DNA of 64,000 nucleotides from Candidatus Poribacteria bacterium (GTDB taxonomy: Bacteria > Poribacteria > WGA-4E > WGA-3G): assembly GCA_964291315.2 (NCBI GenBank), contig OZ219753.1, forward strand, positions 736,001 to 800,000, given 5' to 3'. The position numbers and the translations under genes are program-made. The notes beneath the pieces were generated by a model. It did not search any database. It saw only the letters and a program-made list of their open reading frames with translations, and was not told the DNA's origin. Shown here in pieces: positions 18,059 to 27,899 of this stretch. Position 1 is the first letter of the stretch, and each line of letters starts with the position of its first letter.

Positions 18059-20845
18059 ATGGCTCACCGCAGAAAGCTGATTGAAGTTAATATACCCCTT
18101 CAAGCTATCAACATAGAATCTGCAAAGGATGGAGCGCTGACACATGGACACCCGTCAACGTTGCACCGCTATTGGGCGCGCCGCCCGCTTGCTGCCTGCC
18201 GCGCCATTGTCTTCGCCAGCTTCGTCGACGATCCCGCCGAATGTGAGGACGAATTTCCAACCGAAGATGAACAGGGAGCCGAACGCGACCGGCTCTACGA
18301 CATCATTAAACGGCTCATCGTCTGGCAGAACAGCAACAACGAAAATCTGCTGGCAGAGGCTCGCTATGAGATCGGCTGCTCCGTTGCCCGCAACAACGGA
18401 GAAGACCTGACTGAGTTTCGTGAGCGGCACAAAGAGAATCCAGAGGCGGTTTTGCGGTATCTGCACAAGCACGCCCCTGCTGTCTACGATCCCTTCTGTG
18501 GCGGCGGTTCGGTTCCGCTTGAGGCACAGCGCTTAGGCCTGAACGCTCGAGGCTCCGACCTGAACCCGCTCCCCGTGTTGATTAACAAGGCGATGATTGA
18601 ACTGCCACCGAAGTTCCACGATGAGCCACCGGTCAACCCGGAGGCGGATCCGATGGGGATGTTCTCCGGCGGTGCGAAAAGTAAAGCTCGCGTTGCGTGG
18701 AGAGGCACTGCGGGCTTGGCAGCGGACATCCGCTACTATGGTGCGTGGATGCGCGAAGAGGCATACAAGCGGATTGGGCATCTCTATCCGAAGGTGCAGT
18801 TGCACGACGGCACTTCAGCTACTGTGGTTGCGTGGCTGTGGGCGCGCACGGTGTTGTGTATTAACCCGGCGTGTGGGCTGCAGATACCGTTGATAAAGAC
18901 GTTCCAGTTGTCGAAAAAGCGTGGACATGAGCGCTACATTAAGCCGGTGGTTGACAGAGAGACGAATACCATATCGTGGGTTGTGCAGACCGACGCTGAT
19001 GGGTTGCCGGCGCCCACGGTGATGCGCACGGGTGCGTATTGTTGCGGTTGTGGTGCGGCTGCGAAGCTGCCTTATATCCGGGAGCAGGGGAAAGCCGGCA
19101 GGATGGGAGAGACAATGACAGCGATAGTTGCTGAGGGAGAACACCGAAAGTTATTCTTGGCACCTGCTGAAACACACATTCAGGTCGCTCAGTCTGTTGA
19201 ATCCGTCCGGCGCCCAAGAGGAAGATTACCAGAACAGGCGTTAGGATTTGCAGCTCAGAATTATGGATTTACGAATTGGCATCAACTTTTCACAGAACGG
19301 CAGTTGACTGCACTCAACACCTTCTCCGAGCTGTTATCCGAAGTTCACGCTCGGATGACTCAGGAGGGTGCAACCGAAGTGTATGCCGATGCTGTCTTTA
19401 CCTATCTGTCCTTGGCTATCGAGAAAACAGCGGAGAGTCATTGCAGCTTTGCATGGTGGCAAGATCCAAGAGTTCGTACGCTTTTTACATCACATAGAAT
19501 TCAGATGACTTGGTCATTTGCTGAAGCGAACCCTTTTTCTACGTCAACACAAAATTGGATGGCACAAATAGAGTGGGTTTCAAAGGCGGTAGAGAATCTA
19601 CCTGCACCTGTGAACCTTGGCGAGGCACATCAGGCGGATGTGTGCACCACGCCACACGCCCAAGATGCACCTGTTATCATCACGGATCCCCCCTACTACG
19701 ATAACATCGGCTACGCAGACCTCTCTGATTTTTTTTATGTCTGGCTTAGACCCCTCCTGCGCAACACCTATCCCGAGCTGTTCGCCGGGATGACAACACC
19801 AAAGGCGGAAGAGATCGTCGCCAGCTCACGATTCGAGGACCCGAAACAGCATTTTGAGGATCTACTGAGCGAGTCGTTTCGGCAGATGCGTCGCTATTGT
19901 TCAGATAGATATCCAACGTCTATTTTCTACGCCTATAAGCAGCAGGAAAAAGAACAAGACGGGAAGACCTCTACCGGATGGGAGACGATGCTGGAGGCAA
20001 CTATCAACGCCGGCTTTCAGATCGTCGCCACCTGGCCCCTGCGAACAGAGGTAGAAAAAGGGCAGAAAACAGGTAAAAATACGCTCACCTCCTCTATTCT
20101 ATTGGTGTGCAGACCGCGCCCTGAGGATGCACCGCGCAGCGACAGAAACGCCTTCATACGCGCCTTGGAACATGAGATGCCTGCAGCGCTCGACCGGCTC
20201 ACCCGCATCGCAAACATCAGACCGGTCGACTTGGCACAAGCCGCTATCGGCCCCGGCATGGAGATCTACTCCCGCTATCGCAGCGTGACGCGCATGAGCG
20301 GCGAAGTTGTCTCCATACGAGAGGCGCTGCAGCACATCAACAACGCCATTACCGCCTATCACGAGAAGGTGATGGGACAATTGGACACAGAGACGCAGTT
20401 CTGTTTGACGTGGCTGCGGCAGCACGGCTACTCGGCGGGCAGTTTCGGGGATGCAGAGGCGCTTTCGAAGGCGAAGGGCGTTCATATCGAGGCGATGCAT
20501 GACACGCTGCTGCTGTCGTCTCCGGGCGAAGTGCGTCTGTTGAGATCGGAGGAATATGCGGATCGGTCGGAGGGTCGCGAGATGTCGTCGTGGGAGGGGT
20601 GTCTTCGGATGGCGTGGCATCTGTCTCACAGTGAGTTCAGCGGTGGCATTCAGGGGTGCGCGCGGGTTGCGCGCTTGATGCGTGATTATGATGGAGCGAG
20701 ACGTTTGGCTCTGATATTATACAGCCACTATGAGGAGCGCGGCGATACGGAGGCTGCGTCGCATTATAACTACTTGGTGACGGAATGGACGTATATCTAT
20801 CGGGCGATGGGTTCTCCTGAGCAGATAGAGGCGGATTTTCTATAG
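18059..20845 (+). CDS. DUF1156 amino-DNA methyltransferase
   Basis: LHRYWARRPLAACRA, DPFCGGGS, TDPPYYDNIGYADLSDFFYVWL. Confidence 0.9.
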   Translation: MAHRRKLIEVNIPLQAINIESAKDGALTHGHPSTLHRYWARRPLAACRAIVFASFVDDPAECEDEFPTEDEQGAERDRLYDIIKRLIVWQNSNNENLLAEARYEIGCSVARNNGEDLTEFRERHKENPEAVLRYLHKHAPAVYDPFCGGGSVPLEAQRLGLNARGSDLNPLPVLINKAMIELPPKFHDEPPVNPEADPMGMFSGGAKSKARVAWRGTAGLAADIRYYGAWMREEAYKRIGHLYPKVQLHDGTSATVVAWLWARTVLCINPACGLQIPLIKTFQLSKKRGHERYIKPVVDRETNTISWVVQTDADGLPAPTVMRTGAYCCGCGAAAKLPYIREQGKAGRMGETMTAIVAEGEHRKLFLAPAETHIQVAQSVESVRRPRGRLPEQALGFAAQNYGFTNWHQLFTERQLTALNTFSELLSEVHARMTQEGATEVYADAVFTYLSLAIEKTAESHCSFAWWQDPRVRTLFTSHRIQMTWSFAEANPFSTSTQNWMAQIEWVSKAVENLPAPVNLGEAHQADVCTTPHAQDAPVIITDPPYYDNIGYADLSDFFYVWLRPLLRNTYPELFAGMTTPKAEEIVASSRFEDPKQHFEDLLSESFRQMRRYCSDRYPTSIFYAYKQQEKEQDGKTSTGWETMLEATINAGFQIVATWPLRTEVEKGQKTGKNTLTSSILLVCRPRPEDAPRSDRNAFIRALEHEMPAALDRLTRIANIRPVDLAQAAIGPGMEIYSRYRSVTRMSGEVVSIREALQHINNAITAYHEKVMGQLDTETQFCLTWLRQHGYSAGSFGDAEALSKAKGVHIEAMHDTLLLSSPGEVRLLRSEEYADRSEGREMSSWEGCLRMAWHLSHSEFSGGIQGCARVARLMRDYDGARRLALILYSHYEERGDTEAASHYNYLVTEWTYIYRAMGSPEQIEADFL

Positions 20846-20921
20846 TTTGTGCTTATCTTTTCTGTGTTTTTCTCTATTCTGTAGTTATTTCCCCGCGGTT
20901 GTGAAATTTATCTATTTCTGT

Positions 20922-21917
20922 TTAATGGGCCACGCCGATGGCTTTTCGAACTTTTGCCAAAATTGGTGCGGCGATATCGCGTGCCTTTTCTGCCCCTTTT
21001 TCAAGCACGGTGTTTAGTGCTTGGGGATTTTTCATCAGATCGTTATATCGGTTGCGCTTGTCAGAAAATGTGGTATCTAACAGCGCGAAGAGCTCTTTTT
21101 TCATTTCGCCGTAGGCGAGTCCGCCGTTGCGGTAGCGTTCTCGTTTTGCGGTGATGGCATGGGTGTCAGCGAAGTGTTGATAGATAGCGAAGATGTTGCA
21201 TGTGTCGGGTTCTTTTGGGTCTTCTGGGCGTTTGGAATCGGTTACGATTCGCATCACGGGTTTTCGGATTTGGTTAGGCGGTGCAAAGATGGGTATGACG
21301 TTGTTATAGCTTTTGCTCATTTTTCTGCCGTCGGTTCCGGGGATAGTCCTGACGTTTTCTCGGATGACGGCTTGTGGTATGGTGAAGATGTGTCCATAAT
21401 TTTTGTTGAAAGTTGAGGCGATATCGCGTGTAATTTCGAGGTGTTGTTGCTGGTCGAGTCCGACGGGTACGAGGTGTGTCCCGAAGAGTAGGATGTCTGC
21501 GGCCATCAGGACTGGGTAGGTGAAAAGTCCTGCGTTGATATTTTTATCGGCTTGTCGGCCTGCGGCGATGTTTTCATCAGCGAGAGCTTTATAGGCGTGT
21601 GCGCGGTTGAGTAGTCCTTTTGGTGTGAAACATGCTAGGATCCAGGAGAGTTCGAAGACTTCTGGGATGTCGGATTGTCGGTAGAAGATTACCTCGTCGG
21701 GGTTTAACCCGAGTGCTAGCCATGTTGCGGTTACTTGATGGGTTAGATATGTCAATTCTTTCGGGTTTCTTACGGTTGTGAGTGCGTGGTAATCTGCGAT
21801 GAAGTAGAGTGCCTGATAGTTTTCTGCGAGTTCTAGTGCGGGTTTAATCATACCGAGGTAGTTTCCGATATGGGGCTGCCCTGTTGGTTTGATTCCTGTT
21901 AAGGTTATCTGGTTCAA
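20922..21917 (-). CDS. trpS: tryptophan--tRNA ligase
   Basis: TGIKPTGQPHIGNY, YPVLMAADIL, KMSKS. Confidence 0.97.
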   Translation of the reverse strand: MNQITLTGIKPTGQPHIGNYLGMIKPALELAENYQALYFIADYHALTTVRNPKELTYLTHQVTATWLALGLNPDEVIFYRQSDIPEVFELSWILACFTPKGLLNRAHAYKALADENIAAGRQADKNINAGLFTYPVLMAADILLFGTHLVPVGLDQQQHLEITRDIASTFNKNYGHIFTIPQAVIRENVRTIPGTDGRKMSKSYNNVIPIFAPPNQIRKPVMRIVTDSKRPEDPKEPDTCNIFAIYQHFADTHAITAKRERYRNGGLAYGEMKKELFALLDTTFSDKRNRYNDLMKNPQALNTVLEKGAEKARDIAAPILAKVRKAIGVAH

Positions 21918-21976
21918 TGTGTGTTTTCTCCTTTTGGCTGTTATGGCTTTTATTTAGGGTGCTGTGGTTTATATAT

Positions 21977-22792
21977 TCAAGTGTGCTTCTGAATCTTGAG
22001 GGTATCGCCTTGCGTGATTCCCAAAGTTTTTTTGGCGCTGCCGCCATTTACAGCGATTTCTAGGAGTCCGTTACTGCCGATAATAGCCAGTGGTTCGCCT
22101 ATTTTGGCATTGGCGTAGGTTGTTTTCAGGTGTCTAATGGTTGTGTTTCTTATGTTAATCTGATATGGTGCTGCGTGTGAGAAGTCGGCGAGCATGCTAT
22201 CCGAGATATTTGTTATAGCGTTTCCGAAGGTATCGATTTTGACAATCTGTCCGGTCAAGGTATTTATGGAGCGTTGTGGTTTCTGAATGGGGATCTGGAC
22301 GGGGTTTTGGATGCTGGGTCCGATGTTTGTGAGCGGTACGCCGAGGGATAGATGTGCTGCAACGGGTGCGAAAATATCTCGGCCGTGGAACGTGTTGCTC
22401 ACTTCTGTCAAAAAGTAATCTGGGTTTTGAATTGCGATTGTGTTTTTTGCGGGTGCTGTTTCATTCTCGGTTTCTTGTAGGAGGTAGGTCAGTATGCCGT
22501 TATCGGGGCAGACGAAGAGAGCGTGTTGCGTTTGGCAAACGATTGCTTGTCGGTGGCTTCCTACTCCTGGGTCAACGACGAGGGTATGAATTGTGCCTTG
22601 GGGGAAGTAGCGGTGTGCTGAGTGGATTAAGAATGCGGCTTCGTGAATGTCTTGTGCTGGGATGTCGTGTGTGATGTCGACTATGCGTGCGTTTGGGTTA
22701 ATACTGAGGATTACGCCTTTCATAACTCCTGCATAAGCGTCGCTCATGCCGAAGTCAGTTGTGAGTGTGATAATGTGGGGTTGCTTGTTCAT
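21977..22792 (-). CDS. SAM hydroxide adenosyltransferase / chlorinase-fluorinase family (DUF62)
   Basis: ITLTTDFG, VVDPGVGS, PDNG, SNTFHGRDIFAP, DTFGN. Confidence 0.9.
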   Translation of the reverse strand: MNKQPHIITLTTDFGMSDAYAGVMKGVILSINPNARIVDITHDIPAQDIHEAAFLIHSAHRYFPQGTIHTLVVDPGVGSHRQAIVCQTQHALFVCPDNGILTYLLQETENETAPAKNTIAIQNPDYFLTEVSNTFHGRDIFAPVAAHLSLGVPLTNIGPSIQNPVQIPIQKPQRSINTLTGQIVKIDTFGNAITNISDSMLADFSHAAPYQINIRNTTIRHLKTTYANAKIGEPLAIIGSNGLLEIAVNGGSAKKTLGITQGDTLKIQKHT

Positions 22793-22796
22793 AGGG

Positions 22797-23597
22797 TTAG
22801 AGGTTTTCTTGCATCCATGTGAAGCTTTTTTGTTGTCCGGTTCCGTCGTTTTCTGTTCCCTCATATTCACAGCACCAGACGCCGTTGTATCCTGCGTTTT
22901 TCAGGGCTCGTATTGCGCGTGTGAGGTCTATTTCGCCTTCGCCGAGTGCTTCGCCGCGGTAGTTGGCGCGTGTGCCTGTTCCGTCTTTCAGGTGCGTGTG
23001 CAGTGTATAGGGGGCGATGATTTCATAATATCTGCCGACTGTCTCTAGGTCGTGGCCTGCCCAGCGGTAATTCATTGTGTCCATGTTGGCGCCGACGTAT
23101 TTAGAATTGACGCGTGTAAAGAGTTCTACCTGCAGATCTCCGTCATTGGTAACGTTGCCGTGGTTGTCAACTGCGAGGTAGACTTCGTGGTGTTCTGCGA
23201 ATTCGAGGCATCGTGTGAGGCATGTTGCCATGGCTTCGATCCATCGGTTTTCTGGGACGTTGTCTTTGGGGTTGCCGCCCTCGGTGCGGAGTGTTGATGT
23301 GCCGAGCAGTTTGGCGAGTTTGGCGATGTGCTCCATTCGTTGAACTTGGGCTCGGATGGCTTGTTCTTCGAGCAGTACGAAATCGTTTCCTGCTGCGAGT
23401 GCGGAGACTTGTAGTCCGTAGTGTTCGACCTGTTTTCTGACGTTTTCGGCGTTTTGTTCGGGCGTGGTTGTTTCGGTGTGCCAGATGTCTCCTATTTGGA
23501 GTTCGACGTAGCTGAATCCTGTTTCGCTGGTAAATCTCAGAAAATCGTCTAGTGATTTGCTGGCATAGTTATAGTGAATAAGTCCTAATTTTGACAT
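22797..23597 (-). CDS. sugar phosphate isomerase/epimerase (xylose isomerase-like TIM barrel)
   Basis: AVDNHG, NMDTMN, HTHLKD, LGEGEID, CEYE. Confidence 0.85.
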   Translation of the reverse strand: MSKLGLIHYNYASKSLDDFLRFTSETGFSYVELQIGDIWHTETTTPEQNAENVRKQVEHYGLQVSALAAGNDFVLLEEQAIRAQVQRMEHIAKLAKLLGTSTLRTEGGNPKDNVPENRWIEAMATCLTRCLEFAEHHEVYLAVDNHGNVTNDGDLQVELFTRVNSKYVGANMDTMNYRWAGHDLETVGRYYEIIAPYTLHTHLKDGTGTRANYRGEALGEGEIDLTRAIRALKNAGYNGVWCCEYEGTENDGTGQQKSFTWMQENL

Positions 23598-23795
23598 AAG
23601 TTTTACTTCCTTTCCCGTTGGGAAAAGTGTGGTAATTTGTGTTAAAAGAGTTGCATTCTTTAAGGATATCATGCTATAATACTTTGACTATTGTATATGT
23701 GTCAAGTTTTTTTTAGGTTGTGGATAGAAAAATTTGGGCTATGAGCTGCGTCGAAGCAGAGAAAGATTGATAATTGATTCAGGAAGAGAAAAATA

Positions 23796-24932
23796 ATGGG
23801 TAACTACAATCGCTTTAGCGACCCGAAATTGCCTGCCATCTATGAAAAGGTTGAGGCAGAGGAGCGTCTCTGCTTTGCGGATGGTGTTTCGCTTTACGAA
23901 AGCGAGGATATTACGGGCGTTGGATTTATTGCGAATCGTGTGCGTGAGCGTCTTAATGGAAACCTCACCTACTATAATATTAATCAACACATTGACTATT
24001 CGAATGTGTGTATTCTCCATGCTCGGTGCCATTTTTGTGCGTTTGCGCGAAAGAACATAAAGAGTGATGGTGCTTGGGAGTTGAGCGTTGACGAGTTTTT
24101 GGACAAGGCGATGTATTCGCTGGATCAGGGGTGCACTGAGATTCACAGTGTGGGTGGTTTGCATCCGAAGTTACCGTTTGACTATTATCTGGATATTATT
24201 CGTGGATTGAAGGAGCGGATGCCGGAGGTGCATCTGAAATTTTTCACTGCTGTGGAAATTCATCACTTCTCACGTATTTTTAAGATGTCCATAGAAGAGA
24301 TACTGTTGGCGTTAAGGGAAGCGGGCTTAGATTCACTGCCGGGTGGTGGTGCTGAGATTTTTGCGGAGGAGACTCGTGAGAAAGTTTGTCCCGGGAAGTT
24401 GAGTGCATCGGGCTGGTTAGAGGTCCACGATATTGCGCATCGTCTCGGTATTTCGACGAATGCGACGATGCTGTATGGACATCTTGAGACGGTTGAAGAC
24501 AGGGTTGACCATTTGATCAGATTGCGTGAGCAGCAGGATAAGTCGGGTGGATTTGTGACGTTCATACCGTTGGCGTTTCATCCGGCGAACACGCGGATGG
24601 CCTATCTGCCTTCGACGACGGGTTTGACAGATATTCGGAATGTTGCTGTTGCGCGTTTGATGTTGGACAATATCCCGCATATCAAAGTTTATTGGATTAT
24701 GACGGGTTTGAAGACGGCTCAGGTGGCGCTGTGTTTTGGTGCTGATGATATTGATGGTACTGTGACGGAGGAGAAGATCACGCATATGGCGGGTGCGGAC
24801 ACGCCGGAGGCGGTTTCGGTTTCGGAGTTAGTGCATCTGATTGAAGAGGCAGGTTTTGTGGCTGTTGAGCGTGATACACTTTACAATGAGATTGTGCGAG
24901 AGGGGAATCAGTGGTACAGAAAAGCCGCTTAA
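23796..24932 (+). CDS. mqnE: aminofutalosine synthase MqnE (radical SAM)
   Basis: SLPGGGAEIF, NATMLYGH, HIKVYWIM, GADDIDGTVTEEKITHMAGA; adjacent to mqnA. Confidence 0.88.
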   Translation: MGNYNRFSDPKLPAIYEKVEAEERLCFADGVSLYESEDITGVGFIANRVRERLNGNLTYYNINQHIDYSNVCILHARCHFCAFARKNIKSDGAWELSVDEFLDKAMYSLDQGCTEIHSVGGLHPKLPFDYYLDIIRGLKERMPEVHLKFFTAVEIHHFSRIFKMSIEEILLALREAGLDSLPGGGAEIFAEETREKVCPGKLSASGWLEVHDIAHRLGISTNATMLYGHLETVEDRVDHLIRLREQQDKSGGFVTFIPLAFHPANTRMAYLPSTTGLTDIRNVAVARLMLDNIPHIKVYWIMTGLKTAQVALCFGADDIDGTVTEEKITHMAGADTPEAVSVSELVHLIEEAGFVAVERDTLYNEIVREGNQWYRKAA

Positions 24933-25750
24933 GGGTCGAAGCGGTATCGTTTTTGAATACAAAGCCGCTGATTTATCCGTTGTTGAATGGTGAGATCCGT
25001 GCGGATATAGAGTTGAGTGTGAATGTCCCGAGTCGTGCTGCTATGCGCTTAAGTGCGGGTGAGATTGATGTGGGTCTCATTTCGAGTATAGAGTATTTTC
25101 GGTCGGATCCGTTGCGTGGTGCTTACTGCATTTTACCGGGTATATCGATTGCTTCGCATGGCTGTATTTTGAGTATCCAATTATTTAGTCGTGTGCCGAT
25201 TCGGGAAATTCGACGGGTTGCGCTTGATACAAATTCTAGGACTTCTGTTGCGCTGTTAAAGATTTTGCTTGCTGAAATGTATCAGATATCGCCGTGTTTT
25301 ACTGCGTGTGCGCCGACGGTAGATCCACAGCGAGTTCTTTGTGCGGGTGTTGATGCGGGTGTTGATGCGATTCTTCTCATCGGTGATTCAGCGTTGAGGC
25401 ATCTTGGTTCAACTGCCTATAGTCTTGATTTGGGTGAGGCGTGGTATCGGTTTGCTGGTCTCCCTTTTGTGTATGCGTGCTGGGTAGCGCGGCGTGAGGT
25501 GGATCTCGGTGACTTGCCGGAGCTGCTCTTGGCCTCGAAGGCGCGGGGCATCTCGGATATCCCGGAAATTGCTCGTGTTGAGTCGAAAAAGTTAGGGTTG
25601 CCTGAGGCGCTTTGCGTTGCTTATTTACAGCGTCACATCAAGTTTGATTTGGGTGAGTCTGAGATTGCGGGTCTTGAGCTTTTTTATAAGTACGCTGTGA
25701 AGAATAGGTTGGCGCCGTCCTGCCGTTCTCTCTTGTTTAAACAGATATAG
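24911..25750 (+). CDS. mqnA: chorismate dehydratase MqnA
   Basis: FLNTKPL, SRTSVALL, LLIGDSAL, DLGEAW..FAGLPFVYACW. Confidence 0.88.
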   Translation: MVQKSRLRVEAVSFLNTKPLIYPLLNGEIRADIELSVNVPSRAAMRLSAGEIDVGLISSIEYFRSDPLRGAYCILPGISIASHGCILSIQLFSRVPIREIRRVALDTNSRTSVALLKILLAEMYQISPCFTACAPTVDPQRVLCAGVDAGVDAILLIGDSALRHLGSTAYSLDLGEAWYRFAGLPFVYACWVARREVDLGDLPELLLASKARGISDIPEIARVESKKLGLPEALCVAYLQRHIKFDLGESEIAGLELFYKYAVKNRLAPSCRSLLFKQI

Positions 25751-25772
25751 TTATTAATAAAAGGGGTCAAAA

Positions 25773-26276
25773 ATGCAGACGGCTAGCGATAAGTCCGGGT
25801 TGGATGGGGAGTTTGTGAAGCGGTTTGAGGACTATCTTAAAAGTTGTGGGTTGCGTTTGACTCGGAAGCGTTTGGCTATTTTGAACCAAGTTTTTGAGTA
25901 TCCGGGTCATTTTCAGACGGAGGATCTCTTGGTTCAGATGCGCCGGAACGGGTATCTGGTGTCGCGTCCGACTATCTATCGGACGTTGCCGCTGCTTGTA
26001 AAGAGCGGTTTGTTAACCGAGTTCATTGATGCTCATAAAAACACGCGTTATGAGCGTATTCACTCGCTCCAGGAGCATGCGCATTTGATTTGTCTCCGCT
26101 GCAATCAGATTATTGAGTTTAAAGAACCTCAGATTGATGCGTTGCAGAAATCGGTGTGTGAGGCTCATCAGTTTAAGCCGGTGCGTTTCCGCAATGAGAT
26201 TATTGGTCACTGTGCGGAGTGCCAGGCGGAGTTGGATCCCAAAATATCCGATGTAGACAGTGTTGTGTCTGCTTAA
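25773..26276 (+). CDS. fur: Fur family transcriptional regulator
   Basis: GLRLTRKR, SRPTIYRTL, HAHLICLRC, CAEC. Confidence 0.88.
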   Translation: MQTASDKSGLDGEFVKRFEDYLKSCGLRLTRKRLAILNQVFEYPGHFQTEDLLVQMRRNGYLVSRPTIYRTLPLLVKSGLLTEFIDAHKNTRYERIHSLQEHAHLICLRCNQIIEFKEPQIDALQKSVCEAHQFKPVRFRNEIIGHCAECQAELDPKISDVDSVVSA

Positions 26277-26313
26277 GGTGTCTCTGGTTTCTGGGCGTAA
26301 GTAGAATGCGGAT

Positions 26314-26342
26314 TTGACAGGCGGTTGAAAATGTTGTATAAT
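26314..26342 (+). promoter_or_regulatory. consensus sigma70 promoter
   Basis: TTGACA-N17-TATAAT upstream of the iscU-like/iscA pair. Confidence 0.75.
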
Positions 26343-26391
26343 TTTGAAAATAGGTTTGCTCTGAATAGAAAAGTTATGTAGGGTATGTTTG

Positions 26392-26763
26392 GTGTATACG
26401 CCACAGGTAATTGAACATTACGAGAATCCGCGCAATGTTGGAAGTGTTTCTGATGCGAACGGTGTAGCCGTTGTGGGTTCTGCTGCCGAGGGCGAGATGA
26501 TAAAGTTGACACTCAAGGTGGTGCGGGGTGTGATTGTTAAGGCGAAGTTCAGGGCGTTTGGTTGTCCTACAGCTATTGCGAGTGCGTCTGTGCTTACGGA
26601 AATGGTTATAGGCAGCGAGTTTTCAGAGGCGCTTAAAACGACGGGTGTCCAGATTTCGGAGGCGTTAGGCGGTTTGCCCCCGGAGAAGTTTCGTTACGCT
26701 GACGCTGCCTCGAAAGTTCTGGAAGGGGCAGTCGCTGATTTTATGTCTAAAAAGGAGATGTAA
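26392..26763 (+). CDS. IscU/NifU N-terminal-like protein with degenerate Cys ligands
   Basis: HYENPRNVG, FGCPTAIASAS, ALGGLPPEK; only one Cys. Confidence 0.8.
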   Translation: MYTPQVIEHYENPRNVGSVSDANGVAVVGSAAEGEMIKLTLKVVRGVIVKAKFRAFGCPTAIASASVLTEMVIGSEFSEALKTTGVQISEALGGLPPEKFRYADAASKVLEGAVADFMSKKEM

Positions 26764-26768
26764 GTATA

Positions 26769-27098
26769 ATGATTACTGTTACAGAGTCTGCTGCTCAAAA
26801 AGCTATTACGCTCATTAGCCACGATGAGACTCGGTCTGAGTCCGAGTTGGGTTTACGGATGCAAGTGGTCGGTGGTGGATGCTCCGGTTTCCAATACAGT
26901 CTTGAGTTCAGTTCTGCGAAAGATACCGACAAGGTGTTTGAATTTCATGGCTTGAAGGTGTTTATTGATCCGAGGAGCACGTTGTATCTTGCTGGTTCGG
27001 TGCTGGACTATAACGATGGCTTAATGGATTCGGGATTCAAAATAACGAATCCAAACGCCAAGAACACCTGTGGTTGCGGTGAGTCATTTGGCGTTTAG
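26769..27098 (+). CDS. iscA: A-type Fe-S carrier (IscA/ErpA/HesB)
   Basis: GGGCSGFQY, NPNAKNTCGCGESF. Confidence 0.92.
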   Translation: MITVTESAAQKAITLISHDETRSESELGLRMQVVGGGCSGFQYSLEFSSAKDTDKVFEFHGLKVFIDPRSTLYLAGSVLDYNDGLMDSGFKITNPNAKNTCGCGESFGV

Positions 27099-27117
27099 GA
27101 TTCGGTGTTGGTTTGTT

Positions 27118-27876
27118 CTATAGTGTTTTATAGAGTTCTGCGTGCCGTTGGAGTACGGTTTCTGGATCCTTTGGGTTGATAACCTCTATAGAGACGAATC
27201 CGTCATATCCGTCTTGTGCAAGTAGCGTGAGAGAGTCTTTTTCGGTTTCTGGGATTGGGCCGTTGTCTCCAAAGTTAACGTGTGCGTGTCGGACTTTGCC
27301 GCGCAGATGCACGTAAGCGACGCTGATGGGTTCTCCGTGTCGGACGTGATGTGCTGCGTGCCAATTGACGAAGGTATTTTTTGCGTTTGCTCGGTATATG
27401 GTTTCGGTGACCCAGCTGGCGATGAGGTTGCCGTGTGTTTCGAGGCAGAGCGTGACTCCGGCTTCTCCGGCTAGTTTGTCGCAAGCGCGAATGCCTTCTG
27501 CTTCCCAATCTAGAGCTTGTGATACCTCAATAGGTGTTTCTGGCACTTTATCCCCGAAGATACGAATATTTTTTGCCTGCATTTCCGCTGCGAGGTCTAT
27601 ATATCGTTTGAGGAGTTCTACCTGCTGTTTGCGTGTGTTGCTGTCGGGGTTGATGAACCGGCAGCCTGTGGCGATGCAAGAGAGTTGGATGCCGCTTTCT
27701 GCAAATCGGTTGCGTGCGTCTCGGAGTTGTTGGGGTGTTGAATTCAATTCCACACCGTGTTGATGATCCCACTCCACGCGAAGCTCTAGGTGTTCGTAGT
27801 TATAATGTTTTGCCCTATCAATGAGTTGTGGAAGTGTTAGGGTTGGACAGACAGACGACATAAAACCGAATTTCAT
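27118..27876 (-). CDS. sugar phosphate isomerase/epimerase family protein
   Basis: IRIFG, LCLETHG, HAHV, GFVSIEV. Confidence 0.8.
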   Translation of the reverse strand: MKFGFMSSVCPTLTLPQLIDRAKHYNYEHLELRVEWDHQHGVELNSTPQQLRDARNRFAESGIQLSCIATGCRFINPDSNTRKQQVELLKRYIDLAAEMQAKNIRIFGDKVPETPIEVSQALDWEAEGIRACDKLAGEAGVTLCLETHGNLIASWVTETIYRANAKNTFVNWHAAHHVRHGEPISVAYVHLRGKVRHAHVNFGDNGPIPETEKDSLTLLAQDGYDGFVSIEVINPKDPETVLQRHAELYKTL

Positions 27877-27899
27877 GTGAAACCTCCAATAGTGTTAAC

